The notes beneath the pieces were generated by a model, which saw nothing but the letters and a program-made list of their open reading frames with translations, ran no database searches and was not told where the DNA came from. Made by a program: the position numbers and the translations under genes. DNA of 64,000 nucleotides from Clostridia bacterium (GTDB lineage: Bacteria > Bacillota > Clostridia > TANB77 > CAG-508), in contig CAAEBO010000057.1 in assembly GCA_900754085.1 (NCBI GenBank), forward strand, positions 7,578 through 71,577. Direction: 5' to 3'. Shown piece after piece: positions 19,435-27,078 of this stretch (position 1 is its first letter; the number at the start of each line of letters is the position of its first letter).

Positions 19435-19875
19435 CTATTGCTTTTTTCTACCTAATAACTTATCTATTGAAAAAGGTTTATAGACAAGTGTTAAACTATA
19501 CAAAAATGTTGTTGGTATTAAGTTTTTAGAATTTTCATAGTGTGCATAATTTGCTTGTGGTGTATTGATTTTCTTTGCAACTTCTTCTTGTGTCATAGAA
19601 TTTCTTTTACGAAGTATGCGAAGATTTTTTGATATTAAATCTATATCTATTTCTAATGGCAAATATGATTCATCATTTTTATTTGTTATACCAAACAAGT
19701 AATCAAGACTAAAGTTATAATGATTAGCATATTCAATTAATCTTCTTAATGGGATAGTATCTTTTCCAGTTTCCCAACCAGATATTGTAGTAAAGTTCAA
19801 ATTAAAGAACTCTGCAATATCTTTTTGTTTTATATCAATATTTTCTCTACTATTTTTAAAGTTTTTAATTATCAT
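19435..19875 (-). CDS. XRE-family transcriptional regulator with two HTH domains
   Basis: Two copies of the pattern ...Q.D/EIA...N....IS.WE.G...P / ...MTQEEVAKKINTPQANYAHYENSKNLIP. Divergent from the sigma-like gene, as in Tn916-type regulatory modules. Confidence 0.8.
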   Translation of the reverse strand: MIIKNFKNSRENIDIKQKDIAEFFNLNFTTISGWETGKDTIPLRRLIEYANHYNFSLDYLFGITNKNDESYLPLEIDIDLISKNLRILRKRNSMTQEEVAKKINTPQANYAHYENSKNLIPTTFLYSLTLVYKPFSIDKLLGRKKQ

Positions 19876-19905
19876 TTTTTTCCCCCTATATAATTATTCC
19901 ACTTA

Positions 19906-19937
19906 CTAGGGCAAATATAATAATTCTAGGGGAAATA
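19906..19937. promoter_or_regulatory. Two direct repeats, CTAGGGCAAATA and CTAGGGGAAATA, spaced 20 bp apart just upstream of the XRE gene
   Basis: Copies at 19906-19917 and 19926-19937, 11 of 12 positions identical. Confidence 0.4.
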
Positions 19938-20066
19938 GACTATTACGAACAGAAAAAATTTGTATATTTGCACAATTCGACAAATTTTGCGATAGAAATA
20001 TGATATATTTTTATTGAAATTACCAGAAAATATCGGAAAAAAGCATATTTTGATAGTTATAATCAT

Positions 20067-20091
20067 TATATGAAATAGCATATTTCATATA
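20067..20091. promoter_or_regulatory. Perfect 25-bp palindrome (11-bp arms, 3-nt spacer), a candidate operator
   Basis: TATATGAAATA gca TATTTCATATA in the XRE / sigma-like divergent intergenic region. Confidence 0.5.
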
Positions 20092-20250
20092 CTAAAATAA
20101 AAAAATTGACTTTTGTATATAAATTTAGGCATTTCATAAACTATTTAGTTTTTGTGTCAAAAAATGTGGTACTATGTCGATGAAATTAAAAACGAAAGAG
20201 AAATCCATCAGATTACCAATGATGTTTTTTTAAAATCAGGGAGGGATAAG

Positions 20251-20298
20251 ATGGATTTTTATTTATTATATAAAAATAATTTAGAAAGCATACACTAA
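20251..20298 (+). promoter_or_regulatory. 15-codon leader ORF (MDFYLLYKNNLESIH) whose 3' end overlaps a terminator stem
   Basis: GGGAGGG Shine-Dalgarno (20239-20245) lies 5 nt before ATG 20251. The last four codons (20287-20298) form the 5' arm of the hairpin below. Confidence 0.45.
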
Positions 20299-20330
20299 CT
20301 TTTAAGGGTTAATTGTGTGCTTTTTTGTTT
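20287..20330 (+). terminator. Terminator/attenuator hairpin in the leader of the sigma-like gene
   Basis: AGCATACACTAAC ... GTTAATTGTGTGCT (imperfect stem) followed by TTTTTTGTTTTT. Confidence 0.55.
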
Positions 20331-20582
20331 TTATATAAGACAATTCCATTCTATGTACTTATTAAGCATAAACATGCTGAAGGAAAAAAATTATGAGAGA
20401 TTTTTTGGCGTAGCTTTATAGAAATGTTTATGTTTATGTTCTAAAAATCTACGCATTAAGAGGTGTGTAGATTTGAGAATTGTCTTGATTGATTTCAATA
20501 TAATTGCATATTTCAAAGTGAGTAGAAAAGATTTTATAGACTTTTCTGCTCATTTTGTGTTTTTAGCTCCTAAATGTAGAGG

Positions 20583-20627
20583 ACCTCCTATTACTTGAAT
20601 TAACTGAAATTTGAGTGAATAGGAGGT
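20583..20627 (+). promoter_or_regulatory. Anti-SD hairpin sequestering the ribosome-binding site of the sigma-like gene
   Basis: ACCTCCTATT (20583-20592) is the perfect reverse complement of AATAGGAGGT (20618-20627). The latter contains the GGAGG that serves ATG 20635. Confidence 0.6.
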
Positions 20628-20634
20628 TTTTCTT

Positions 20635-20982
20635 ATGTCTAATGAAGAATTAGAAGATGATGTTGTACTTGCAAAATTTATAAATTATATGCAAAAAGCA
20701 CTTTATCACATGAGATTAAATTATTTTAGAGATTATGAGAGAATGAGAGATTATGAGGTTGAACTAGAAGAAATTGAATGTCCAAATTCAAAAGATGTTA
20801 TAAATGAAGATATATCAATTATAGGAGTTTTAAATGATACTGAAATTAAATTATTAAACCTATTATATACACAGGGATTAAGTTATAAGGAAATATCTGA
20901 AATAACAAATGAAAATATAGAAACTTTAAAGAAAAGGCGAACTAGAGCCTTAAAGAAATTAAAAAAGGTTATGGAGGAATGA
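20635..20982 (+). CDS. Sigma-70 region-4-like small regulator (Tn916 Orf7-like)
   Basis: C-terminal LTEIKLLNLLYTQGLSYKEISEITNENIETLKKRRTRALKKLKK is an HTH of the sigma region 4 / LuxR type. Confidence 0.7.
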   Translation: MSNEELEDDVVLAKFINYMQKALYHMRLNYFRDYERMRDYEVELEEIECPNSKDVINEDISIIGVLNDTEIKLLNLLYTQGLSYKEISEITNENIETLKKRRTRALKKLKKVMEE

Positions 20983-20986
20983 AAAA

Positions 20987-21199
20987 ATGCAATATAATAC
21001 AGAGTTTTATAAATTATTAAGACAAGCTGTATATGATGATACAGCATTAGTAAGAGTATTAGACAAAATAATGAAACTTATAAATAGTAATTCTAAAGAT
21101 GATGATGGGAAAATTAACGAGGATTTAAAGAGCGAATTGATTACATATTCTATTGAATTGATACGAAATAAAAAAATTTATAAAAAATTTGAAATTTGA
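20987..21199 (+). CDS. Small helical protein paired with the sigma-like gene (Tn916 Orf8-like position)
   Basis: 70 codons. GGAGGAA Shine-Dalgarno. Starts 4 nt after the preceding stop. Confidence 0.5.
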   Translation: MQYNTEFYKLLRQAVYDDTALVRVLDKIMKLINSNSKDDDGKINEDLKSELITYSIELIRNKKIYKKFEI

Positions 21200-21575
21200 T
21201 GTCCACTTTTTCGATTTTTTTGTGCTGTTCATAGTAGAAGGGTTAAAAACTTCTACTATGGTATGCACATTGAAAATTGAATAGATTTTATTAGAACGAC
21301 AAGAACTACATTCTAGGTGGGTTAGCAACTATTTAGATATCTAATAAGAATGTTATCTTATTATGAAGTAGTTTGGATACTTTTGTATAGTCATAGAACG
21401 AGCGTAAAGTTATAGGAATAGACCATAATGTTTCTATAATGGTGCGTCCCACGCAATGAGTACAAACCAGAGTTCTGGGTGGTAGATAACCAATGTTGCT
21501 AGAAACAATAGCAATCTAATAAATGAATGGAACAATTAAAGTTAAAATAATTTAACTATTAAAATGGAGGCTAAA

Positions 21576-21815
21576 ATGTTAGATATTATTTCAATGATTA
21601 TAATATTATTCTTTTTAATGGGACTACCTATGATTTTAATAATTATAGGTGGCAGTAAAAGTAAGTCAGAACAAGAAAGAACTTATGAATTAGAAGAAGA
21701 AGCACAATACTGGAGAGATTATGAAAAAGAACAAATAAGAAAGAAAAAAATTAGAAAAATAAAAATTAGGAGGTTTTTCAAATGGGTAAAGAACTTTATA
21801 CATGGGAACAAGTAA
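21576..21815 (+). CDS. Small membrane protein with a highly basic C-terminus
   Basis: TM helix IISMIIILFFLMGLPMILIIIGG. GGAGG precedes ATG 21576; the ORF track starts at 21564. Confidence 0.45.
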   Translation: MLDIISMIIILFFLMGLPMILIIIGGSKSKSEQERTYELEEEAQYWRDYEKEQIRKKKIRKIKIRRFFKWVKNFIHGNK

Positions 21816-21973
21816 GAGCTTATGGAGAAATTGCATTACATAATTTAACAAAATCAGCAAATGAAATAAATATGAGAAATTTTAAAAAGTGCATAGATCC
21901 ACTACAAACTTTATATGCAAAAGATGGAGTGGAGGGAATGGCAGAATATTTAATGAATAAATATGAAAAATAA
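21782..21973 (+). CDS. Small hypothetical protein (63 aa), a possible recombination directionality or accessory factor
   Basis: AGGAGG Shine-Dalgarno 8 nt upstream. A terminator follows at 21983-22014. Confidence 0.5.
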   Translation: MGKELYTWEQVRAYGEIALHNLTKSANEINMRNFKKCIDPLQTLYAKDGVEGMAEYLMNKYEK

Positions 21974-21982
21974 ATAATAAAG

Positions 21983-22014
21983 AAAGATGTTAGTTTTTTA
22001 CTAGCATCTTTTTT
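21983..22014 (+). terminator. Terminator between the small ORFs and the recombinase module
   Basis: AAAGATGTTAG / CTAGCATCTTT stem (one G.U pair), 7-nt loop, T run. Confidence 0.6.
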
Positions 22015-22027
22015 GAAAGGAAAAGTT

Positions 22028-22321
22028 ATGGAGAAAATTAATCAATTAGAATACAAACTAAAGAAAAGCAAAGAAAATTTACAAGCAGATATTGCAAATA
22101 GAAGAATTGATAAAATTGATAATATTAGTATAGATTCTAATACTTCATTAGAATCGAGAATACTTAATTTCTTTCAAAAGATTAAAAATCCTTATGCAAT
22201 TAGAGTTGGAAATATAGTAGTGGAAATGGAGTTTTCAGATAATTCTAATATATCTCCAATGGAGTGCATAGACGCTACTTTAATAAATGAATACAAAATG
22301 AGAGAAATGTCAAATGTGTAA
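22028..22321 (+). CDS. Small recombinase-associated protein (DUF6870-like C-terminus, by recollection)
   Basis: FFQKIKNPYAIRVGNIVVEMEFSDNSNISPMECIDATL resembles the IKNPYcf+cG..vV...f motif I remember from proteins encoded just upstream of tandem serine recombinases in Firmicutes elements. Confidence 0.5.
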   Translation: MEKINQLEYKLKKSKENLQADIANRRIDKIDNISIDSNTSLESRILNFFQKIKNPYAIRVGNIVVEMEFSDNSNISPMECIDATLINEYKMREMSNV

Positions 22322-22401
22322 ATTTTAGAATTGAGGAATTTTAGTAAAATAGGATAAAATCAAAGGTTATGCTACTATTTGGGTGTAGGAGGTTTTAGAA
22401 A

Positions 22402-24078
22402 ATGAAAAGAGGTAGAAAAAGTAAATATGATATTGAAATAAATAAATCAAAAGTATGGAATGTTGCCGTATATATTAGATTATCAGTTCAAGATGGAGAT
22501 AAGGCAGAAAGTAATAGTGTAATTAATCAGAAAGAACTTTTAAATATGTATTTGGAACAAGATAAAGAACTTAATGTAAAAGAATATTATATTGATGACG
22601 GATTTTCTGGAACAACTTTTGATAGACCTGCTTTCAAGAAAATGATGAAAGATATAGAAAAAGAAATAGTAAATACAGTTATAGTAAAAGATTTATCTCG
22701 TTTTGGAAGAAACTATATTGAAGTTGGAAATAAGATAAATTCATTTATGAAAGATAATATAAGATTTATATCTGTTTGTGAAAAGATAGATAGTTATAAA
22801 GATAAAAAGTCAGTAGATGATATTATTTTTCCTTTAAAAAATATAATGAATGAAATGTATTGCAAAGATGTATCAGATAAATTGATAAAGACATTTGAGG
22901 TTATGAAAAAAGAGGGAAAATATATAGGGGGAATACCACCTTTTGGCTATATAAGAGATGAAAATAATAAACACAAACTAATAGTAGATGAGGCTTCAGC
23001 AAGTGTTGTAAGAAGAATATTTGATTTATGCGAATCTGGAATTGGTAATGTGTTAATTACTAAAGAATTAAATGAAAAAAATGTATTAACACCAAGCGAA
23101 TATAACTGTAAGATTTTAAAAATCACATCATCAAGTAGTAAAGTTGCAAAACAATGGACAGCAAGTATTGTCGGAAAGATATTAGATAATAGAGTTTATT
23201 GTGGGGATTTAGTTCAAAACAAGACAAGAGGAATTAGCTATAAAGTACATAAGAGATTAAAAAACGATGAAGAAGATTACATTATAATTGAAAATGCACA
23301 TGAACCAATTATAGAAAAAGAAAGATTTTTTAATATACAAAAAATAAGAAAAGATAGAAAGTTTAATTGGAACAGAAGAATAGAAAATATTTCTATATTT
23401 GACGGAATTGTATTTTGCAGTAATTGTAATAAGCCATTAGTAGCAACTATAAAAGAAAAAAGTATGATAAATGATACTGAAATTGATAAATATGTATTGG
23501 AATGTAAAGAATGCAATAATCAAAATGATAAACCTTATGTAATAGATGTGGACAAGTTAAAAATATGTATTTTTAGAAGTATTAAATATCATATAGATTT
23601 ACTAAATGGATTTGAAAATGCAAGATTATCTGTTAAAGAAAATAAAGAATATGCAGACAAAATAAAAGAGAATGTTGAGAATTTAAAAAATAAATTAGAA
23701 AGACTTGATAAAGAAAGAACAAAATATTTCACAAAATTCAGAGATATGGAAATTGACGAGCAAGAATATATTGCTTTTATCAGAGAGAATGTTAAAGAGG
23801 AAGAAAATATAAAGGAACAAATTAAAAAAGAAAAAGCAAAGTTAATGGAGGCAAGATTAAGTTATAAGAATGTTGCTGAAAATAACTGGGTAGATACTTT
23901 AATGAAATATAAAAATCAAAGGAAGATTACAAAAGAAATGTTAAATGACTTAATAGAAAAAATTTATATCAATAATGATGGTAGAAAAATTAAATTAGTA
24001 TTTAAGTATGAAGACGCTTTTAAATTGGCAATGGATTATTTGAAAATTGTAAAGGAAGGGGGAAATACTAATGCCTAG
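22402..24078 (+). CDS. Large serine recombinase (resolvase domain, recombinase domain, Zn ribbon, coiled coil)
   Basis: AVYIRLSVQDGDKAESNSVINQKELL (catalytic Ser region), VIVKDLSRFGRNYIEVG, CSNCNKPL...ECKECNN. Confidence 0.9.
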   Translation: MKRGRKSKYDIEINKSKVWNVAVYIRLSVQDGDKAESNSVINQKELLNMYLEQDKELNVKEYYIDDGFSGTTFDRPAFKKMMKDIEKEIVNTVIVKDLSRFGRNYIEVGNKINSFMKDNIRFISVCEKIDSYKDKKSVDDIIFPLKNIMNEMYCKDVSDKLIKTFEVMKKEGKYIGGIPPFGYIRDENNKHKLIVDEASASVVRRIFDLCESGIGNVLITKELNEKNVLTPSEYNCKILKITSSSSKVAKQWTASIVGKILDNRVYCGDLVQNKTRGISYKVHKRLKNDEEDYIIIENAHEPIIEKERFFNIQKIRKDRKFNWNRRIENISIFDGIVFCSNCNKPLVATIKEKSMINDTEIDKYVLECKECNNQNDKPYVIDVDKLKICIFRSIKYHIDLLNGFENARLSVKENKEYADKIKENVENLKNKLERLDKERTKYFTKFRDMEIDEQEYIAFIRENVKEEENIKEQIKKEKAKLMEARLSYKNVAENNWVDTLMKYKNQRKITKEMLNDLIEKIYINNDGRKIKLVFKYEDAFKLAMDYLKIVKEGGNTNA

Positions 24079-25753
24079 ACAAAGTAAATATAATAAAGAA
24101 GAAAAAGATAATGTGAAAAGTTATCAATATAAAGCAGCAATATATATAAGATTATCAGTAGAAGATGGAGATAAAGAAGAAAGTAATAGTATAACAAATC
24201 AAAGAATGTTATTAAATCAATTTTTAAAAGATAATTCAGATATTGAAGTATATGATTATTATACAGATGATGGATTTTCTGGAACTACTTTTAATAGACC
24301 AGGATTTGAAAAATTGTTAGAAGACTTATATGAAAAGAAATTTAATACTGTTATTGTAAAAGATTTATCAAGATTAGGAAGAAACTATATTGAAGTTGGA
24401 AATTATATTGAAAAAGTATTTCCTTTATATAATATAAGATTTATTGCAGTTAATGACCAAATAGATAGCATAAAAAATCCTGAATCAGTTAATAGCATAA
24501 TTGTACCTTTTAAGAATTTAATAAATGACGAATACTGTCGAGATATATCAAATAAAATAAAGGCAGTATTAAATGTAAAAATGAAAAAAGGGGAATATGT
24601 TGGAGCTTATGCACCTTATGGATATATCAAAGATCCAGATGATGTACACCATTTAATTATTGATGAAGATGCAGCAAAAGTCGTTAGAATGATATATGAA
24701 CTTACTTTAAATGGATATGGAAGAACAGCAATAGCAAAAAAATTAAATGAATTAGGAATATTAAATCCAACAGGACATAGAGCAATAGATTTAAAAATGA
24801 AAACACCATTTAAGAATAATACCGATAAAGTTACATATTCTTGGTGTTCAACAACAATTAGAGATATTTTACGAAATCAAATGTATTGTGGAGATTTAGT
24901 TCAAAACAAAGGAAAACTAATTAGTTATAAAATACATAAAAGAGTATTAGTACCACAAGAAGAATGGATTATTGTAAAAGATACACATGATGCAATTATA
25001 GATAGAGATACATTTGATAAGGTACAAAAAGCAATACTAGACAGAGATACAAGAATGAATACAGATGGAAAAATATCCATATTTGCAGGACATATTAAAT
25101 GTGGAGATTGCCAAAGGGCAATGAGTAAAAAGATACCAGGAAAATATAAAGGACAACCTAGAAATTATTATCATTATATGTGTTCTGCATATATGAGGTC
25201 TGGTGGAGAAATTTGTACAAAGCATAGTATAAAAAATGATGAATTAGAAAAAGCAGTTTTAGAAAGCGTAAAAGTTCAAATTGGACTTATAATAGATATG
25301 AAAAGAATAAAAGGACAAATAGATAGTAAAACATTTAATGATAATCGTAGAAGTTATTTGCTAGAAAATATCAATAAATGTGAAGAAACATTGAATATTA
25401 AAAGAAAGTTAAGAAAAGAGGCTTACGAGGATTGGAAATTAGGCATTATTACAGAAAAGGAATATAATGACTACACCCAAGAATACGGAAGGCAAATAAG
25501 GGAAAATGAAGCATATATTGAAGAAAACTATAAAGAATTACAGAATTTAGACAAAATGAGTACCTCTGGAGAATGGATTGAATATTTTGAAAAATATCAG
25601 AATGTAAATTCATTATCAAGAGAACTTATAGATGGACTAATAGATGATATATATGTTTATGAAGATAAGAAAATTAAAGTTAAGTTTAAATATGAAGATG
25701 AATACAATTATTTAATTCAATATATAAAAAGAAGAAAGGGAGATATACTTTAA
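24071..25753 (+). CDS. Second large serine recombinase, overlapping the first by 8 nt
   Basis: AAIYIRLSVEDGDKEESNSITNQRMLL, VIVKDLSRLGRNYIEVG, CGDCQRAM...YMCSAY...CTKH. Confidence 0.9.
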   Translation: MPRQSKYNKEEKDNVKSYQYKAAIYIRLSVEDGDKEESNSITNQRMLLNQFLKDNSDIEVYDYYTDDGFSGTTFNRPGFEKLLEDLYEKKFNTVIVKDLSRLGRNYIEVGNYIEKVFPLYNIRFIAVNDQIDSIKNPESVNSIIVPFKNLINDEYCRDISNKIKAVLNVKMKKGEYVGAYAPYGYIKDPDDVHHLIIDEDAAKVVRMIYELTLNGYGRTAIAKKLNELGILNPTGHRAIDLKMKTPFKNNTDKVTYSWCSTTIRDILRNQMYCGDLVQNKGKLISYKIHKRVLVPQEEWIIVKDTHDAIIDRDTFDKVQKAILDRDTRMNTDGKISIFAGHIKCGDCQRAMSKKIPGKYKGQPRNYYHYMCSAYMRSGGEICTKHSIKNDELEKAVLESVKVQIGLIIDMKRIKGQIDSKTFNDNRRSYLLENINKCEETLNIKRKLRKEAYEDWKLGIITEKEYNDYTQEYGRQIRENEAYIEENYKELQNLDKMSTSGEWIEYFEKYQNVNSLSRELIDGLIDDIYVYEDKKIKVKFKYEDEYNYLIQYIKRRKGDIL

Positions 25754-25776
25754 AGAGAATTTATCTCTCTTTTTTC
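25752..25776 (+). terminator. Terminator after the recombinase genes
   Basis: AAAGAGA, ATTTATC loop, TCTCTTT, then a T run. Confidence 0.6.
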
Positions 25777-26136
25777 TATAATTTTATAGAAAAAAATTAA
25801 ATTTTATGATATAATTTGAAAAGTTTTAAGGAGGTTATATATTATAACCGCAAAAACTTAAAAAACTTATGTATGAACACTTACATAAGATTATGAAAAA
25901 TACGAAAAATAAGAAAAAATGGCGAATAAAAGCCTCAAAACTCTTGATATTATAACTGTTTTAATGAAGAACGACAGGGTACGCGAATTTAAATGGTTAG
26001 ATACGAGGAGTTGAGAGGAAGATAGATATAGTAAGCAAATAAAAAGAGATTTGGAAAATGTAAAAAAATAATAAAGAAATTTTTACATAAAATTTTACTG
26101 ATTAATACTTATTGAAAACATAAAGATAAAAATAAA

Positions 26137-26838
26137 ATGGAGAAAAATATGGAAAACAAAGAAGAAAAAATAGTAGCAAAAGAAGAGGGCAAAAAATCTA
26201 AAATAAAAAGTATACTAACAGCTATAAAAAAATGTCCTAAAATTATAAAAAGGGGAATACTAGTAGTAATTTTAATAGCAATTGTAGCACTAGGAATAAA
26301 TTATAGCTATGTGTTTAATAAAGAAGCAGATACATTAAGTATAGAATTTAAAAATGTTGGAGAGCTAGTAACACAATCTGCATTCATACGAGTATTAGAA
26401 GATAGTACAGTTAATAGAACAATTTTCGAGAAATTTGAAATACCATTTACAGAAAGTAGAAAGATGTTTAGTTATATAGTACAAGTAGATGCCGCAATAA
26501 ATTTTGAAGAAATATCTATAGAAGATATTAACGAATCAACAAAAACAATAAAGGTAAAACTTCCACATTCAAAAATATATAATGCTACGCCAGATTTGGA
26601 ATCTTTTAAATCGTACATAGATTCAGAAAGTTGGTTTTCTAGAATTGATTCAGAAAAATACAATGAAGCATTAAAAGATTTAACAAATCAGGGAAAACAA
26701 GATGCTATTGATAATGGAATACTAGAAAAAGCAGACGAAAATGGAAAGAATATTATAGAAAGCTTTATTAAAAGTAACAAAAAATATAAAGAGTATAAAG
26801 TAGAATATGAATATATAGAGGAGAATAAAGATGAGTAA
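26137..26838 (+). CDS. Membrane-anchored DUF4230-like protein
   Basis: N-terminal TM helix (GILVVILIAIVALGINY). The body resembles DUF4230 proteins by recollection. Confidence 0.55.
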   Translation: MEKNMENKEEKIVAKEEGKKSKIKSILTAIKKCPKIIKRGILVVILIAIVALGINYSYVFNKEADTLSIEFKNVGELVTQSAFIRVLEDSTVNRTIFEKFEIPFTESRKMFSYIVQVDAAINFEEISIEDINESTKTIKVKLPHSKIYNATPDLESFKSYIDSESWFSRIDSEKYNEALKDLTNQGKQDAIDNGILEKADENGKNIIESFIKSNKKYKEYKVEYEYIEENKDE

Positions 26839-26944
26839 AAAAGAGAAAAAAAGTAAAGGCATATTTAAGGTAATTATGTATATATTATTAGGCCTTATAG
26901 TAGTAATAGGATTATTTTATTTATGGTTAGCACTAACAAAATAA
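26831..26944 (+). CDS. 37-aa single-pass membrane peptide (MSKKEKKSKGIFKVIMYILLGLIVVIGLFYLWLALTK)
   Basis: The ATG overlaps the preceding stop (ATGAGTAA). Clear TM helix. Not in the ORF track because it is shorter than 60 aa. Confidence 0.45.
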   Translation: MSKKEKKSKGIFKVIMYILLGLIVVIGLFYLWLALTK

Positions 26945-26980
26945 TTCAATATGCAAAAATATTAAATTAAATATAAAGAA

Positions 26981-27017
26981 AAATAAGCAGTATTATATTT
27001 TTAATAACTGCTTATTT
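26981..27017. terminator. Bidirectional terminator between convergent genes
   Basis: AAATAAGCAGT / ACTGCTTATTT, a perfect 11-bp stem flanked by A and T runs. Confidence 0.65.
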
Positions 27018-27078
27018 TATAGTTTAAAGTAATAATAATTAAAAAATTTTAATCTTAATAATTACAAACTAATTTATA

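Larger units (their letters stand above)
1558..25795. mobile_element. Integrated ~24 kb serine-recombinase mobile element (ICE/IME-like, without visible transfer genes) carrying resistance cargo; boundaries are approximate
   Basis: Contiguous block of typical MGE genes: parA/parB, thioester-type adhesin, polyvalent methylase-helicase, TnpV-like ORF, erm-like gene, ant(6), XRE, sigma-like gene, and two large serine recombinases reading outward at the right end. It is flanked by housekeeping-type genes (queH on the left, DUF4230 and ddh on the right). Confidence 0.7.

Noticed and set aside
20106-20175. Promoter calls for the sigma-like gene leader (TTGACT at 20106-20111; TGgTACTAT at 20167-20175)
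   Set aside because: TTGACT has no acceptable -10 at 16-18 nt, and the extended -10 has no recognisable -35. This is plausible but too weak to list as a feature without transcript mapping.
1588-25753. Search for relaxase, FtsK/VirD4-like coupling protein, VirB4, Rep, toxin-antitoxin pairs or known defence systems inside the element
   Set aside because: None of the translated ORFs shows the corresponding motifs: no HUH or relaxase His triad, and no additional Walker-type ATPases beyond ParA and the SNF2 helicase. Absence is reported as a finding rather than any positive call.
25919-26014. 31-codon ORF MANKSLKTLDIITVLMKNDRVREFKWLDTRS whose first 12 nt (ATGGCGAATAAA) are identical to the start of the polyvalent protein gene (9798-9809)
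   Set aside because: Similarity stops after 12 nt, there is no Shine-Dalgarno, and the rest of the peptide is unrelated. This is most likely chance or a meaningless scar.
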